The position numbers were made by a program, and so were the translations under genes. From positions 16,560 to 80,559 of the forward strand of contig CAMMRL010000001.1 in the NCBI GenBank assembly GCA_946499275.1: a DNA stretch of 64,000 nucleotides, given 5' to 3'. Under the pieces are notes generated by a model that worked only from the letters and a program-made list of their open reading frames with translations, had not been told where the DNA came from and ran no database searches. Origin of the DNA: an uncultured Clostridia bacterium. Its GTDB lineage: Bacteria > Bacillota > Clostridia > Oscillospirales > Acutalibacteraceae. Shown here piece after piece: positions 19,158-27,907 of this stretch; the stretch's first letter is position 1; the number at the start of each line of letters is the position of its first letter.

Positions 19158-20369
19158 TTACCGGCAGAACAGACGATGGATAAGGGTGCAGCCTTCCTCC
19201 ACATGGCAGCCGGTTTCACGGGCCGTCCTTTCGGTAAAGGGGGAGACGTTCGGCGAAGCGGTACCGTCGCTCGCGTACAGCAGATAGGGGACCCGGTCGG
19301 CGGTATGGGTGCGGATGGTCAGCGGGGTCGGATGGTCGGGCAGCACCATCAAGCGGAAATCCCCCATCGACTTCATCGCATCCAGCAGGGGGGACAGGAC
19401 CCGGCGGTCGATCTCCTCAATCGCGTGTACCTTGTTGGCGGTTTCGCCCCGGTGTCCACATTCGTCCGGTGCTTCCAGGTGGACATAGACGAAATCCTGC
19501 CCGCGGCGGAGTTCCTCGATGGCGGCGGCGGCTTTTCCTTCAAAATTGGTGTCGATATAGCCGGTCGCGCCTTCCACATCGCAAACGGTCATACCCGCAA
19601 TGCGGCCGATCCCTTTAATGAGGTCGACGGCAGAAATGACCGAAGCGTTTACGCCGAAGCGCTTCTTGTAATTTTGCAGGCGGGGGCGCTTGCCCTGTCC
19701 CCACAGCCAGATTGCGTTGGCCGGATTGAGCCCTTGCGCCGCCCGTTCCCGGTTGACCGGATGGTCCCGGAGCAGGGCGTAGCTTTTCTCCATCATGGCG
19801 AACAGGGGGGCCGCATCGGGATGGAGGGGCAGATATTCCTCGATAACCCGGCCGGTGATGTCGTGCGGCGGGGTGATTTTCCCCAGCGCGGTCTTGCCGC
19901 CGTGCCAGACCATGCAGTGCCGGTAAGCGGTCCCGGTATAAAAATCGAATTCCCCGCCGCCGAAGGCATTCTGTACGGTGTGAATGATTTCATCGGCCTG
20001 CGCGGTGTGGATATCCCCCGCGCAGTAATCCAGAATTGTTTTTTTGGAAAAGTCGGCTTCGCCCGACAAGGTGACGAGGTTGCACCGGAAGGCCACGTCG
20101 TCATCCCCGAGTTCGATACCGATGTTCGCCGCTTCCAGCGGGGAACGGCCGGTGTAGCATTCCCGTGTGTCGTATCCCATTACGGTGAGGTTCGCCACGT
20201 CGCTGCCGGGGGACATCCCATCCTGCACGGTGCGGACCGTCCCGACTTCGCCGTGGGCGGCCAGCCAGTCCATCGCGGGCTTTTGCGCGCATTCCATAGG
20301 GGTGCGGCCGTCCAGTGCGGGGACGGCAACGTCAGCCATGCCGTCACAGAGTACAATTGCGTATTTCAT
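19158..20369 (-). CDS. apgM: cofactor-independent phosphoglycerate mutase (ApgM type)
   Basis: ATG 20369 follows AAGGAGA. MKYAIVLCDGMAD, HLEAPDECGH and VLPDHPTP are present. Confidence 0.9.
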   Translation of the reverse strand: MKYAIVLCDGMADVAVPALDGRTPMECAQKPAMDWLAAHGEVGTVRTVQDGMSPGSDVANLTVMGYDTRECYTGRSPLEAANIGIELGDDDVAFRCNLVTLSGEADFSKKTILDYCAGDIHTAQADEIIHTVQNAFGGGEFDFYTGTAYRHCMVWHGGKTALGKITPPHDITGRVIEEYLPLHPDAAPLFAMMEKSYALLRDHPVNRERAAQGLNPANAIWLWGQGKRPRLQNYKKRFGVNASVISAVDLIKGIGRIAGMTVCDVEGATGYIDTNFEGKAAAAIEELRRGQDFVYVHLEAPDECGHRGETANKVHAIEEIDRRVLSPLLDAMKSMGDFRLMVLPDHPTPLTIRTHTADRVPYLLYASDGTASPNVSPFTERTARETGCHVEEGCTLIHRLFCR

Positions 20370-20666
20370 CAGACATTTCTCCTTTATCAAACCGGACGCG
20401 GACCATCGCGCCGGGTTGCTGCCGAAAATACCGATTGTAGGGGTATTCTTCGGGGCTGCCATCGAATATTATAACAGAATCCCAGAAAAATCAAATCCTT
20501 TTCTGCGACTTTTTCTCTTTCCTTTTTTACGGCCTTTCGGTATACTGAATATAACAGAAAAAGCCATTGAGCAAGATCCCGTTTCCTTTCCTGCCCTGGG
20601 GCAGGCTTTCCATGATTGAACGACTTACGGGCATTCCACTGGGAATAAGAAACGGAGGTATGGACT

Positions 20667-21950
20667 ATGGCGATTTGTACGCAGCCGCACTTGCAGCAGA
20701 CACTGGACGGGGAGATGGCGCTGTGCGGCTTTGCCGAGGTTTATGTTTCACCAGAGCGGGCCAGGCAGCGGGCTTATCAGGCGGGGCAGGGGCTGGGTGC
20801 GCATTTCGGGGCGGGCGGGTATCGTCTTTTCCGCGCTCCGGGGCGGACGGAATTGGGCGGAAACCATACCGACCATAACCATGGCCTGGGGCTGGGGGCC
20901 GCGCTGGAAGCGGACATCCTGGCCGCCGCCCGGCCGACGGCAGCCCCGGTGATCCGCCTGCATTCCCAGGGATACTATACCGATACCATTGCCCTGTCCG
21001 ATCTTGCGCCCCGGGAAGGGGAGCGGTGTCATTCTGCCTCCCTGATCCGGGGGATTGCCGCCGGTTACCGGCGCCGGGGGCTGCGGATTGGCGGGTTTGA
21101 TGCGTATACGGTTTCCGGAGTCCCTCGTGGGGCGGGGGTGTCCAGTTCGGCGGCGTTCGAGGTGTTGGTGGCCGGGATTCTCAACGGCTTGTACAACGAT
21201 GGCCGGCTGGGTCCTCTCGAGATAGCCCGGATCGCGCAGGAGGCGGAAAACGGTTATTTCGGGAAGCCCTGCGGCCTATTTGACCAGGCTTCATGTGCGC
21301 TAGGCGGCTGCGTGGCGATGGATTTTCAGGATCCCGTCTCGCCGGTATTGCGCCGTTTGCCGGTGCGTTTGGCCGAATGGGGATTTCGGCTTTGCGTGGT
21401 GAATACCGGCGGCAGCCATACCGATAATACCGAAGAGTTTGCCGCCTGCCGCCTGGAGATGGAAGCGGTGGCCCGGTTCCTAGGCGGCTGTACGTTGCGG
21501 GATGTCCCGAGGGAGCGGTTTGAACAGTCGCTGCCGGCGCTCCGCCATGCCGTCGGCGACCGCGCTGTGCTTCGCGCGCTGCATTTTTATGAAGAAAACG
21601 ACCGGGTGAGAAGGCAATGCGCTGCGCTAGAGCGGGGGGACGCTGCCGGCTTCCTTCAGCAGGTGCGCGCATCGGGGAGGTCTTCGCAGAACCTGCTGCA
21701 GAATATTTCCCTTCCGGATACGCCGCGGGAGCAAGGGATTGCCTTGGCACTGGCGCTGACCGAGCGTTTCCTGGAGGGGGAGGGTGCATGGAGGGTCCAC
21801 GGAGGCGGCTTTGCCGGGACGATTCAGGCGTACGTCCCGGTTGATAGGGTGCCGGCATATCAGGCGTATATGGAGGACCTTTTTGGGCCTTCCTGCTTTT
21901 ATCCGTTGTCCCTGCGGGACGTCGGCGTTGCCGAACTTTCCGACCTGTAG
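20667..21950 (+). CDS. galactokinase-family GHMP kinase
   Basis: ATG 20667 lies 8 nt after GGAGG. GalK-like GRTELGGNHTDHNHG and GHMP motif GAGVSSSAAFEVL are present. Confidence 0.8.
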   Translation: MAICTQPHLQQTLDGEMALCGFAEVYVSPERARQRAYQAGQGLGAHFGAGGYRLFRAPGRTELGGNHTDHNHGLGLGAALEADILAAARPTAAPVIRLHSQGYYTDTIALSDLAPREGERCHSASLIRGIAAGYRRRGLRIGGFDAYTVSGVPRGAGVSSSAAFEVLVAGILNGLYNDGRLGPLEIARIAQEAENGYFGKPCGLFDQASCALGGCVAMDFQDPVSPVLRRLPVRLAEWGFRLCVVNTGGSHTDNTEEFAACRLEMEAVARFLGGCTLRDVPRERFEQSLPALRHAVGDRAVLRALHFYEENDRVRRQCAALERGDAAGFLQQVRASGRSSQNLLQNISLPDTPREQGIALALALTERFLEGEGAWRVHGGGFAGTIQAYVPVDRVPAYQAYMEDLFGPSCFYPLSLRDVGVAELSDL

Positions 21951-21969
21951 GGGATCCCGGCGCGTAGGC

Positions 21970-22002
21970 AATACCGGCCCGAAATGCGGGCCGGTATTTT
22001 TT
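21970..22002 (+). terminator. rho-independent terminator
   Basis: Stem aataccggccc / gggccggtatt followed by TTTTT. Confidence 0.8.
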
Positions 22003-22074
22003 GTTTCGTCCATATCGTCTGAAAGTTTTTGTGAAATTCTCTTCATAATCTGTACATAAATTTTACTATCTGTA

Positions 22075-22103
22075 ATTGCATTTCCTTTGCTAATACGGTA
22101 TAA
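22075..22103 (+). promoter_or_regulatory. putative SigA-type promoter of decarboxylase gamma/beta genes
   Basis: TTGCAT (22075-22080), 17-nt spacer, TATAAT (22098-22103). Confidence 0.55.
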
Positions 22104-22289
22104 TAACTCTATAATTTTATACTGGGCGGGAATGGGGTTTTACAAATTCTTCCTGCCGATAAATGGGATGAACGGCAAACGGCGGAGGGCCGCAACGGCG
22201 GAATCCGCCGTCTTCCCGGATGTATGGGCGGCATGCCATGCCGCCCTTGCTGCGGGAAAAGCGTACGGCTCCCAGAGAAAGGAATGGTC

Positions 22290-22712
22290 ATGGACATGAA
22301 AGACGCATGGATGGCGCTGAACGCAGCCGCCGATGCAGGGGAAATTCTCGGCGGGGCTGGGATGACAATCCTGATTGGCTTAGTGGTCGTTTTTGCCGTG
22401 CTGATTCTTCTGACGTTTATTTTTTGGCTGTTTGGTAAGGTGATGTCCGGCGTTGGAAAGAAAGAGACGCCGCCGCCAGAGACGAAATCCGCCCCCAAAG
22501 CGGCGGCAACCGCTCCGGCACCGATCCCTGTCGCCCCGGCGCCCGCCGTGTCGGAAGGGATTAGTGAGGAAGTGGTAGCGGTGATCGCCGCAGCAGTGGC
22601 TGCCATGGCGCCCGAAGGTAAGCGCTACACTGTGCGCAGTGTCAGCCGTGTGCGCACAGGGCGGCCGGTCTGGGCTGCTGCTGGGCTGATGGAAAGCACG
22701 CGTCCGTTCTGA
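22290..22712 (+). CDS. OadG-family (Na+-decarboxylase gamma subunit) protein
   Basis: Three clustered ATGs at 22284, 22290 and 22296 follow GAAAGGA. Single TM MTILIGLVVVFAVLILLTFIFWLF, Ala/Pro linker and a conserved C-terminal segment. Confidence 0.75.
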   Translation: MDMKDAWMALNAAADAGEILGGAGMTILIGLVVVFAVLILLTFIFWLFGKVMSGVGKKETPPPETKSAPKAAATAPAPIPVAPAPAVSEGISEEVVAVIAAAVAAMAPEGKRYTVRSVSRVRTGRPVWAAAGLMESTRPF

Positions 22713-22780
22713 TAGGCGGGCACCGCGCAGCATTCCATTAGACGAAGAAACGGGGTTCCCCCACGAAAGGACTGACATTG

Positions 22781-24067
22781 ATGGGCGCTCTTTGGGAAGC
22801 CATACAACAAATCTTAACCGAATCGGGGTTTGCCAAGCTGTTCAACTTTGCGGACGGCGGCTGGAAAAACCTGATTATGATCGCCGTCTCCCTTGTGCTG
22901 ATGTATCTGGCGATTAAAAAGCAATTTGAACCGCTGTTGCTTCTGCCGATCGCGTTCGGCATGCTGCTGGTCAACCTGCCGCTCGGCCTGGTGATGGATC
23001 CGCAGCACAATACATTGGATCCTTTGAATGCGACAGAATTGGCGCATTTACAGCAGGGGATTTATGACGAGGTTTATCCGATTTTTGAGATGGGCGGCCA
23101 GTATTATTGGCAGCATTTTGAATCCGGCGGGCTGCTCTGGTATCTGTATCAAGGCGTCAAGTTCGGCATTTACCCGCCGCTGATCTTCCTGGGCATCGGC
23201 TGTATGACCGATTTCGGCCCGCTGATCTCCAACCCGAAGAGCTTTTTGCTCGGCGCGGCGGCACAGCTCGGCATTTTTATCACCTTCTTCGGCGCCCGGG
23301 CGCTGTCGCTGACCGGCGTTGAAGCGATCAGCTTCAGCGAACAGGAAGCCGCCTCCATCGCTATCATCGGCGGCGCGGACGGCCCGACGGCGATTTGGCT
23401 GACGTCAAAGCTGGCGCCGCATTTGCTCGGCGCGATTGCGATTGCGGCGTATTCGTATATGGCGCTGGTGCCGATTATCCAGCCGCCGATTATGCGCGCG
23501 CTGACCACGAAAAAGGAACGTTCCGTCGTCATGGAACAGCTCCGGCCGGTTTCCAAGACCGAAAAGGTCCTATTCCCGATTTTTGTTACCCTGATCGTGG
23601 TCCTGTTGCTGCCGAGTGCAGCCCCGCTGGTCGGTATGCTGATGCTTGGCAACCTGTTCCGCGAGAGCGGCGTGGTGGAACGCATCAGCAAGACGGCGCA
23701 GAACGAACTGATGAATATCATTACGATTTTCCTCGGCGTGACGGTCGGCGCGACGGCGAACGCCCAGTCCTTCCTGCAGCCAAAGACGCTGCTCATTATT
23801 CTGCTCGGCCTGATCGCCTTTGGCTTTGGTACAGCGGGCGGCGTGTTGTTTGGTAAATTGATGTATGTGGCTACCAAGGGCAAGGTTAATCCGCTGATTG
23901 GGTCGGCCGGCGTGTCCGCGGTGCCGATGGCGGCCCGCGTATCCCAGAAAGTCGGCCAAAAGGAGAACCCGGGCAACTTCCTGCTTATGCATGCCATGGG
24001 GCCGAACGTGGCGGGCGTTATTGGTTCTGCCGTAGCGGCCGGCGTGTTGCTCACCTTGTTCCAGTAA
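22781..24067 (+). CDS. sodium ion-translocating decarboxylase beta subunit (OadB/GcdB/MmdB family)
   Basis: Polytopic membrane protein with [18 protein letters not shown] and [12 protein letters not shown] motifs. Confidence 0.92.
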   Translation: MGALWEAIQQILTESGFAKLFNFADGGWKNLIMIAVSLVLMYLAIKKQFEPLLLLPIAFGMLLVNLPLGLVMDPQHNTLDPLNATELAHLQQGIYDEVYPIFEMGGQYYWQHFESGGLLWYLYQGVKFGIYPPLIFLGIGCMTDFGPLISNPKSFLLGAAAQLGIFITFFGARALSLTGVEAISFSEQEAASIAIIGGADGPTAIWLTSKLAPHLLGAIAIAAYSYMALVPIIQPPIMRALTTKKERSVVMEQLRPVSKTEKVLFPIFVTLIVVLLLPSAAPLVGMLMLGNLFRESGVVERISKTAQNELMNIITIFLGVTVGATANAQSFLQPKTLLIILLGLIAFGFGTAGGVLFGKLMYVATKGKVNPLIGSAGVSAVPMAARVSQKVGQKENPGNFLLMHAMGPNVAGVIGSAVAAGVLLTLFQ

Positions 24068-24211
24068 TAGTTGTCATCTATAGGAAGGGGAAAGGACGGA
24101 GAGCACCGTTCTTTCCCCTCTTTTCGTACCATGTCTTGCGCCTTGTTACTCCCTGTACTGTCGTAAAAGCGGGTGCAGGGGATAATCGGACTAAAGAGAG
24201 GAGTCTCGTCT

Positions 24212-26710
24212 ATGCCGGAGTTTACACAAACCTTTTGCCGGCTGCGTCGGCAGTTGATGGAGCGGGAGTTTTCCCGGATGAACGACCGCCAGCGGGAGGC
24301 CGTATTTTGCACAGAGGGGCCGCTGCTGATCCTGGCCGGTGCGGGGAGCGGTAAAACGACCGTGCTGGTAAACCGGATTGCCAACCTGGTAAAATACGGA
24401 AAAGCGTATGAAAGCTTGACGGTGCCCGCCGTGGTTACCGAGCGGGAAATCGCCCTGTTGTCCGCTGTAGCAGAAGGGACGGCGACGCCGGAGGAGGAAC
24501 GGCGGGCGGCGACGCTTTGCGCCGTGGATCCCTGCCCGCCTTGGCGGATTCTCGCCATCACCTTTACCAATAAGGCGGCGGGGGAACTGAAGGAACGCAT
24601 TTCCAGGATCCTGGGGGAAGACAGCGGGAGCGAGGTACAGGCGAGTACCTTCCACTCCTTCTGTGCCCGCATCCTGCGGCGGGACGGGGAGCGGCTGGGC
24701 TATTCCAATCATTTTACCATTTATGATACCGACGATTCCCGCCGGCTTATGAAGGATTGCATGAAGCAGCTGAAAATTGAGGAAAAGGTGCTCAGCCATA
24801 AGGCGATCCTATCCGAAATCAGCCGCGCCAAGGACGAACTGCTCAGTCCGGACGAATATAAGGCCGCCGTGGGGGCGGACGCCCGTCGCCGCTTCGCTGC
24901 GGAAGCTTACAGCCTGTACCAGCGCCGTCTGAAAGAGACCGACGCCATGGATTTTGACGACCTGCTTTACCAGACGGTCGCCCTGTTCCGCGAGTGCCCG
25001 GACGTACTCGAAAAATACCAGCGTCGTTTCCGTTATCTGATGGTGGACGAATACCAGGACACCAACCACGCCCAATACCAGTTCGTCAGTATGCTGGCGG
25101 CCGGGTCGGGAAATCTCTGCGTGGTGGGGGACGACGATCAGAGTATCTATAAATTCCGGGGCGCGACGATTGAGAATATCCTGAACTTTGAGCAGGAATT
25201 TCCCGGCTGCGCCGTTATCCGGCTGGAACAGAACTACCGCTCCACCGGGAATATCCTGAACGCGGCCAACGCCGTGATTGAAAAGAATATAAACCGCAAG
25301 GGGAAAACCCTGTGGACACGGAATCCGGACGGGGACAAGCTCTCGCTGCATACACTGGAAAACGAAGATGAAGAAGCCCGATTTATCGCGGATACGATCC
25401 AGGATGGTGTGGCTGGTGGCTGGAAGTACAGCGACTTTACGATCCTTTACCGGGCGAACGCGCAGTCCAACGCGATTGAACGCGCGCTGGTAAAAAGCGG
25501 CGTTCCTTACCGGATTATCGGCGGGCACCGCTTCTATGATACCAAGGAGGTCCGGGATGCGATGGCGTATCTCCGCCTGATCAACAATCCCGACGATGCG
25601 GTGGCCCTCCGGCGGATTGTAAATGAGCCGAAGCGGGGGATCGGGGACGCGACGATGGATAAAGCGGCGGATATCGCCGCCGGGCTGGGGATTTCGTTAT
25701 ACGAAGTGATTTCCCATGCCGCCGATTATCCCGACCTGTCCCGGGCGGCGAACAAGCTGCGGCTGTTCACCGACATGATCGACCGCCTGCGGGAAATGAA
25801 CGACGACCCGGAAAATTCCATCCATCTTTTATATACCACGATGCTGGAAGCCACCGGGTATCTCGCCATGTGGGAACTGGCCGGGGAGACGGAGTCCGGG
25901 CGGGTGGAGAACCTTAACGAGCTGGCATCCTCCATCATTGATTACGAAAAGAACAGCCCGGACGAATTCCCGGAATTGGCCGGTTTTTTGGAGGAAACGG
26001 CGCTGATGACCGACGTGGACAATTACGACGCGGGCGCGGATTCGGTAGTGCTGATGACCATGCACGCCGCCAAAGGACTGGAGTTCCCGGTGGTGTTCCT
26101 CCCCGGGTTTGAAGACGGTATCTTCCCCGGCATGCAGTCGATCTTCAACCCGGAAGAACTGGAAGAGGACCGTCGCCTGTGTTATGTGGCGATCACCCGT
26201 GCAAAGGAAAAACTGTACATAACGAATGCGGAAAGCCGGATGTTGTATGGGTCCACTACCCGGAACCGGCCTTCCCGTTTTGTGCTGGACATTCCGCCGG
26301 AAGTGATGGAAGAGCATCGGTCGCGTACAACTGCTTATTCATACAGCGCTGTGCGGACATCCGTGGCCCATGCGGGGACGACTGGCGGCAGCTTTGGTCG
26401 GTCGGTTGCGTCGGGTTCGTCCGCCGCCGGTACGGTGGTCGGCGGTTCCTCCTTTGTCCCGTCCAAAGCGGTTCGTCCGCTGGATGGAGGCGGCATCTCC
26501 GCCGGAGAGAGTATCCCCATGCAGGGGCGTCGTCCCGCCGCCCCCCCTGCGCAGTGGAAGCCGGGGGATCTGGTCAGCCACAAGGTCTTTGGGCCGGGTA
26601 AGGTGTTGAGCGTGACGCCGATGGGGAATGACAGTCTGTTGGAGATTGGTTTTGAAAGAGTGGGCGTGAAAAAGATCATGGCGAATTTTGCCCGTCTGGC
26701 CCCGCGATAG
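24212..26710 (+). CDS. pcrA: ATP-dependent DNA helicase PcrA/UvrD
   Basis: ATG 24212 follows GAGAGGAG. AGAGSGKT, MVDEYQDTN, TMHAAKGLEFPVVFL and VAITRAKEKLY are present. Confidence 0.95.
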   Translation: MPEFTQTFCRLRRQLMEREFSRMNDRQREAVFCTEGPLLILAGAGSGKTTVLVNRIANLVKYGKAYESLTVPAVVTEREIALLSAVAEGTATPEEERRAATLCAVDPCPPWRILAITFTNKAAGELKERISRILGEDSGSEVQASTFHSFCARILRRDGERLGYSNHFTIYDTDDSRRLMKDCMKQLKIEEKVLSHKAILSEISRAKDELLSPDEYKAAVGADARRRFAAEAYSLYQRRLKETDAMDFDDLLYQTVALFRECPDVLEKYQRRFRYLMVDEYQDTNHAQYQFVSMLAAGSGNLCVVGDDDQSIYKFRGATIENILNFEQEFPGCAVIRLEQNYRSTGNILNAANAVIEKNINRKGKTLWTRNPDGDKLSLHTLENEDEEARFIADTIQDGVAGGWKYSDFTILYRANAQSNAIERALVKSGVPYRIIGGHRFYDTKEVRDAMAYLRLINNPDDAVALRRIVNEPKRGIGDATMDKAADIAAGLGISLYEVISHAADYPDLSRAANKLRLFTDMIDRLREMNDDPENSIHLLYTTMLEATGYLAMWELAGETESGRVENLNELASSIIDYEKNSPDEFPELAGFLEETALMTDVDNYDAGADSVVLMTMHAAKGLEFPVVFLPGFEDGIFPGMQSIFNPEELEEDRRLCYVAITRAKEKLYITNAESRMLYGSTTRNRPSRFVLDIPPEVMEEHRSRTTAYSYSAVRTSVAHAGTTGGSFGRSVASGSSAAGTVVGGSSFVPSKAVRPLDGGGISAGESIPMQGRRPAAPPAQWKPGDLVSHKVFGPGKVLSVTPMGNDSLLEIGFERVGVKKIMANFARLAPR

Positions 26711-26848
26711 GGCAAAGCCGCCGCTTGTCCCTCCTTTTCGGCAAAAAGCCGGAGGAAAACAGAAAATCCCGCGAACCAAACGGCTCCCGGATCATAGGAT
26801 GGTAATGAAGCAAATGCCTTCACTACCATATTAACGGGAGGATTACTT

Positions 26849-27688
26849 ATGCCTGACAACAAGTACATGCACGACACCGGCTGTAAAGAGGCTGTGTGTA
26901 TCGATGCGGGACGTGTTTACGACTCTTGTAGCGATAAGGACTGTCTCGAAGATCTGCGCGTATATTTTACCGAGCGGGACCAGATGGTGGTCGACCACGC
27001 GGTAAGCGTGCGGGCGAAAAAAGTCTGCATTATCAACACGTACATCGATGTGGAACCCTTGCCCTTCAACCGCGGCTATTATTCCTGCGACCTGACCTTC
27101 TTCTTTGAGGTGGAAGTCGAAGTCTATTCCGGCCGCTCCTGCCCGCCTACCACAGTCTGCGGCGTCTGCGTGTTCCGTAAACGGGTTATCCTGTTTGGGA
27201 GCGAAGGCAGCGTCAAAGTGTTCACCAGCGAATTCCGCGAGGACGAAAATGATCGCCAGAAGGGCCTATCCCGCAACCTGCCGCGTTGCAATGTGCAGGT
27301 TGCGGAGCCGATCATCCTGGCGGCCAAGGTGGTCGATCCCTGCGACCGCTGCAATTGCACTTGCACCTGTAAATGTGAGTGCGAATGCGGCTGCGGCTGC
27401 ATCCCGGAATGCATCTGCAACCAGTACGGCGGCAATTTCTGTGAGCCGGACGACGGCAAAGTGGTGTATGTCTCCATCGGTATCTTCACGATCGTTCAGC
27501 TGATTCGGCACGTGCAGATGCTGGTGCCGGTTTACGATTTCTGTATGCCGACCAAGGACTGCTCCTGCCCGACCACCGACAACCCCTGCGACCTGTTCAA
27601 GAAAATGTGCTTCCCAGTGGACGAATTCTTCCCGCCGCAGGCCGACCCGAACAGCTGCGGTTGCGGCTGTGGCTGCGACCGGAAGTAA
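26849..27688 (+). CDS. uncharacterised cysteine-rich protein (32 Cys in 279 aa)
   Basis: ATG 26849 lies 6 nt after GGGAGGA, and a terminator follows. CxC runs CDRCNCTCTCKCECECGCGC and CGCGCGC are present. No signal peptide or TM segment. Confidence 0.7.
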   Translation: MPDNKYMHDTGCKEAVCIDAGRVYDSCSDKDCLEDLRVYFTERDQMVVDHAVSVRAKKVCIINTYIDVEPLPFNRGYYSCDLTFFFEVEVEVYSGRSCPPTTVCGVCVFRKRVILFGSEGSVKVFTSEFREDENDRQKGLSRNLPRCNVQVAEPIILAAKVVDPCDRCNCTCTCKCECECGCGCIPECICNQYGGNFCEPDDGKVVYVSIGIFTIVQLIRHVQMLVPVYDFCMPTKDCSCPTTDNPCDLFKKMCFPVDEFFPPQADPNSCGCGCGCDRK

Positions 27689-27721
27689 CCAAGTATCCGG
27701 ATAAACAAGAGCAGGCGGCAT

Positions 27722-27765
27722 AAATAAGCAAGGAGACGGGAGAAATCCCGTCTCCTTGCTTATTT
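27722..27765. terminator. bidirectional terminator
   Basis: 20-bp stem aaataagcaaggagacggga / tcccgtctccttgcttattt with loop gaaa. Confidence 0.85.
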
Positions 27766-27907
27766 ATCTATCTATGAAATCCGTTATCGTGGGATAGGCC
27801 GTCTTTTATCGTATGGGGAAGGTAAAAAACGGAGAAGGAAAAAGGGGCTTTGTCCATCGGCAGGGGATTACGATCCGCCTTAAAGGGGCAAAGAAAAGCG
27901 AAAGAAT

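Noticed and set aside
19176-20474. 432-aa plus-strand ORF antisense to apgM
   Set aside because: Same reasoning. It mirrors a well-supported minus-strand gene, has no motifs, and has a Gly/Arg/Val-biased composition.
23170-24672. 500-aa minus-strand ORF spanning the decarboxylase beta gene and the start of pcrA
   Set aside because: It crosses an intergenic region and two confidently called plus-strand genes. Its Ser/Pro/Ala/Arg-rich sequence has no domain features.
27340-27400. Short-period DNA repeats (tgc-nnn units) that look like a microsatellite
   Set aside because: They are the codon-level reflection of the CxC run CNCTCTCKCECECGCGC inside a well-supported ORF. They are not a non-coding repeat or CRISPR array.
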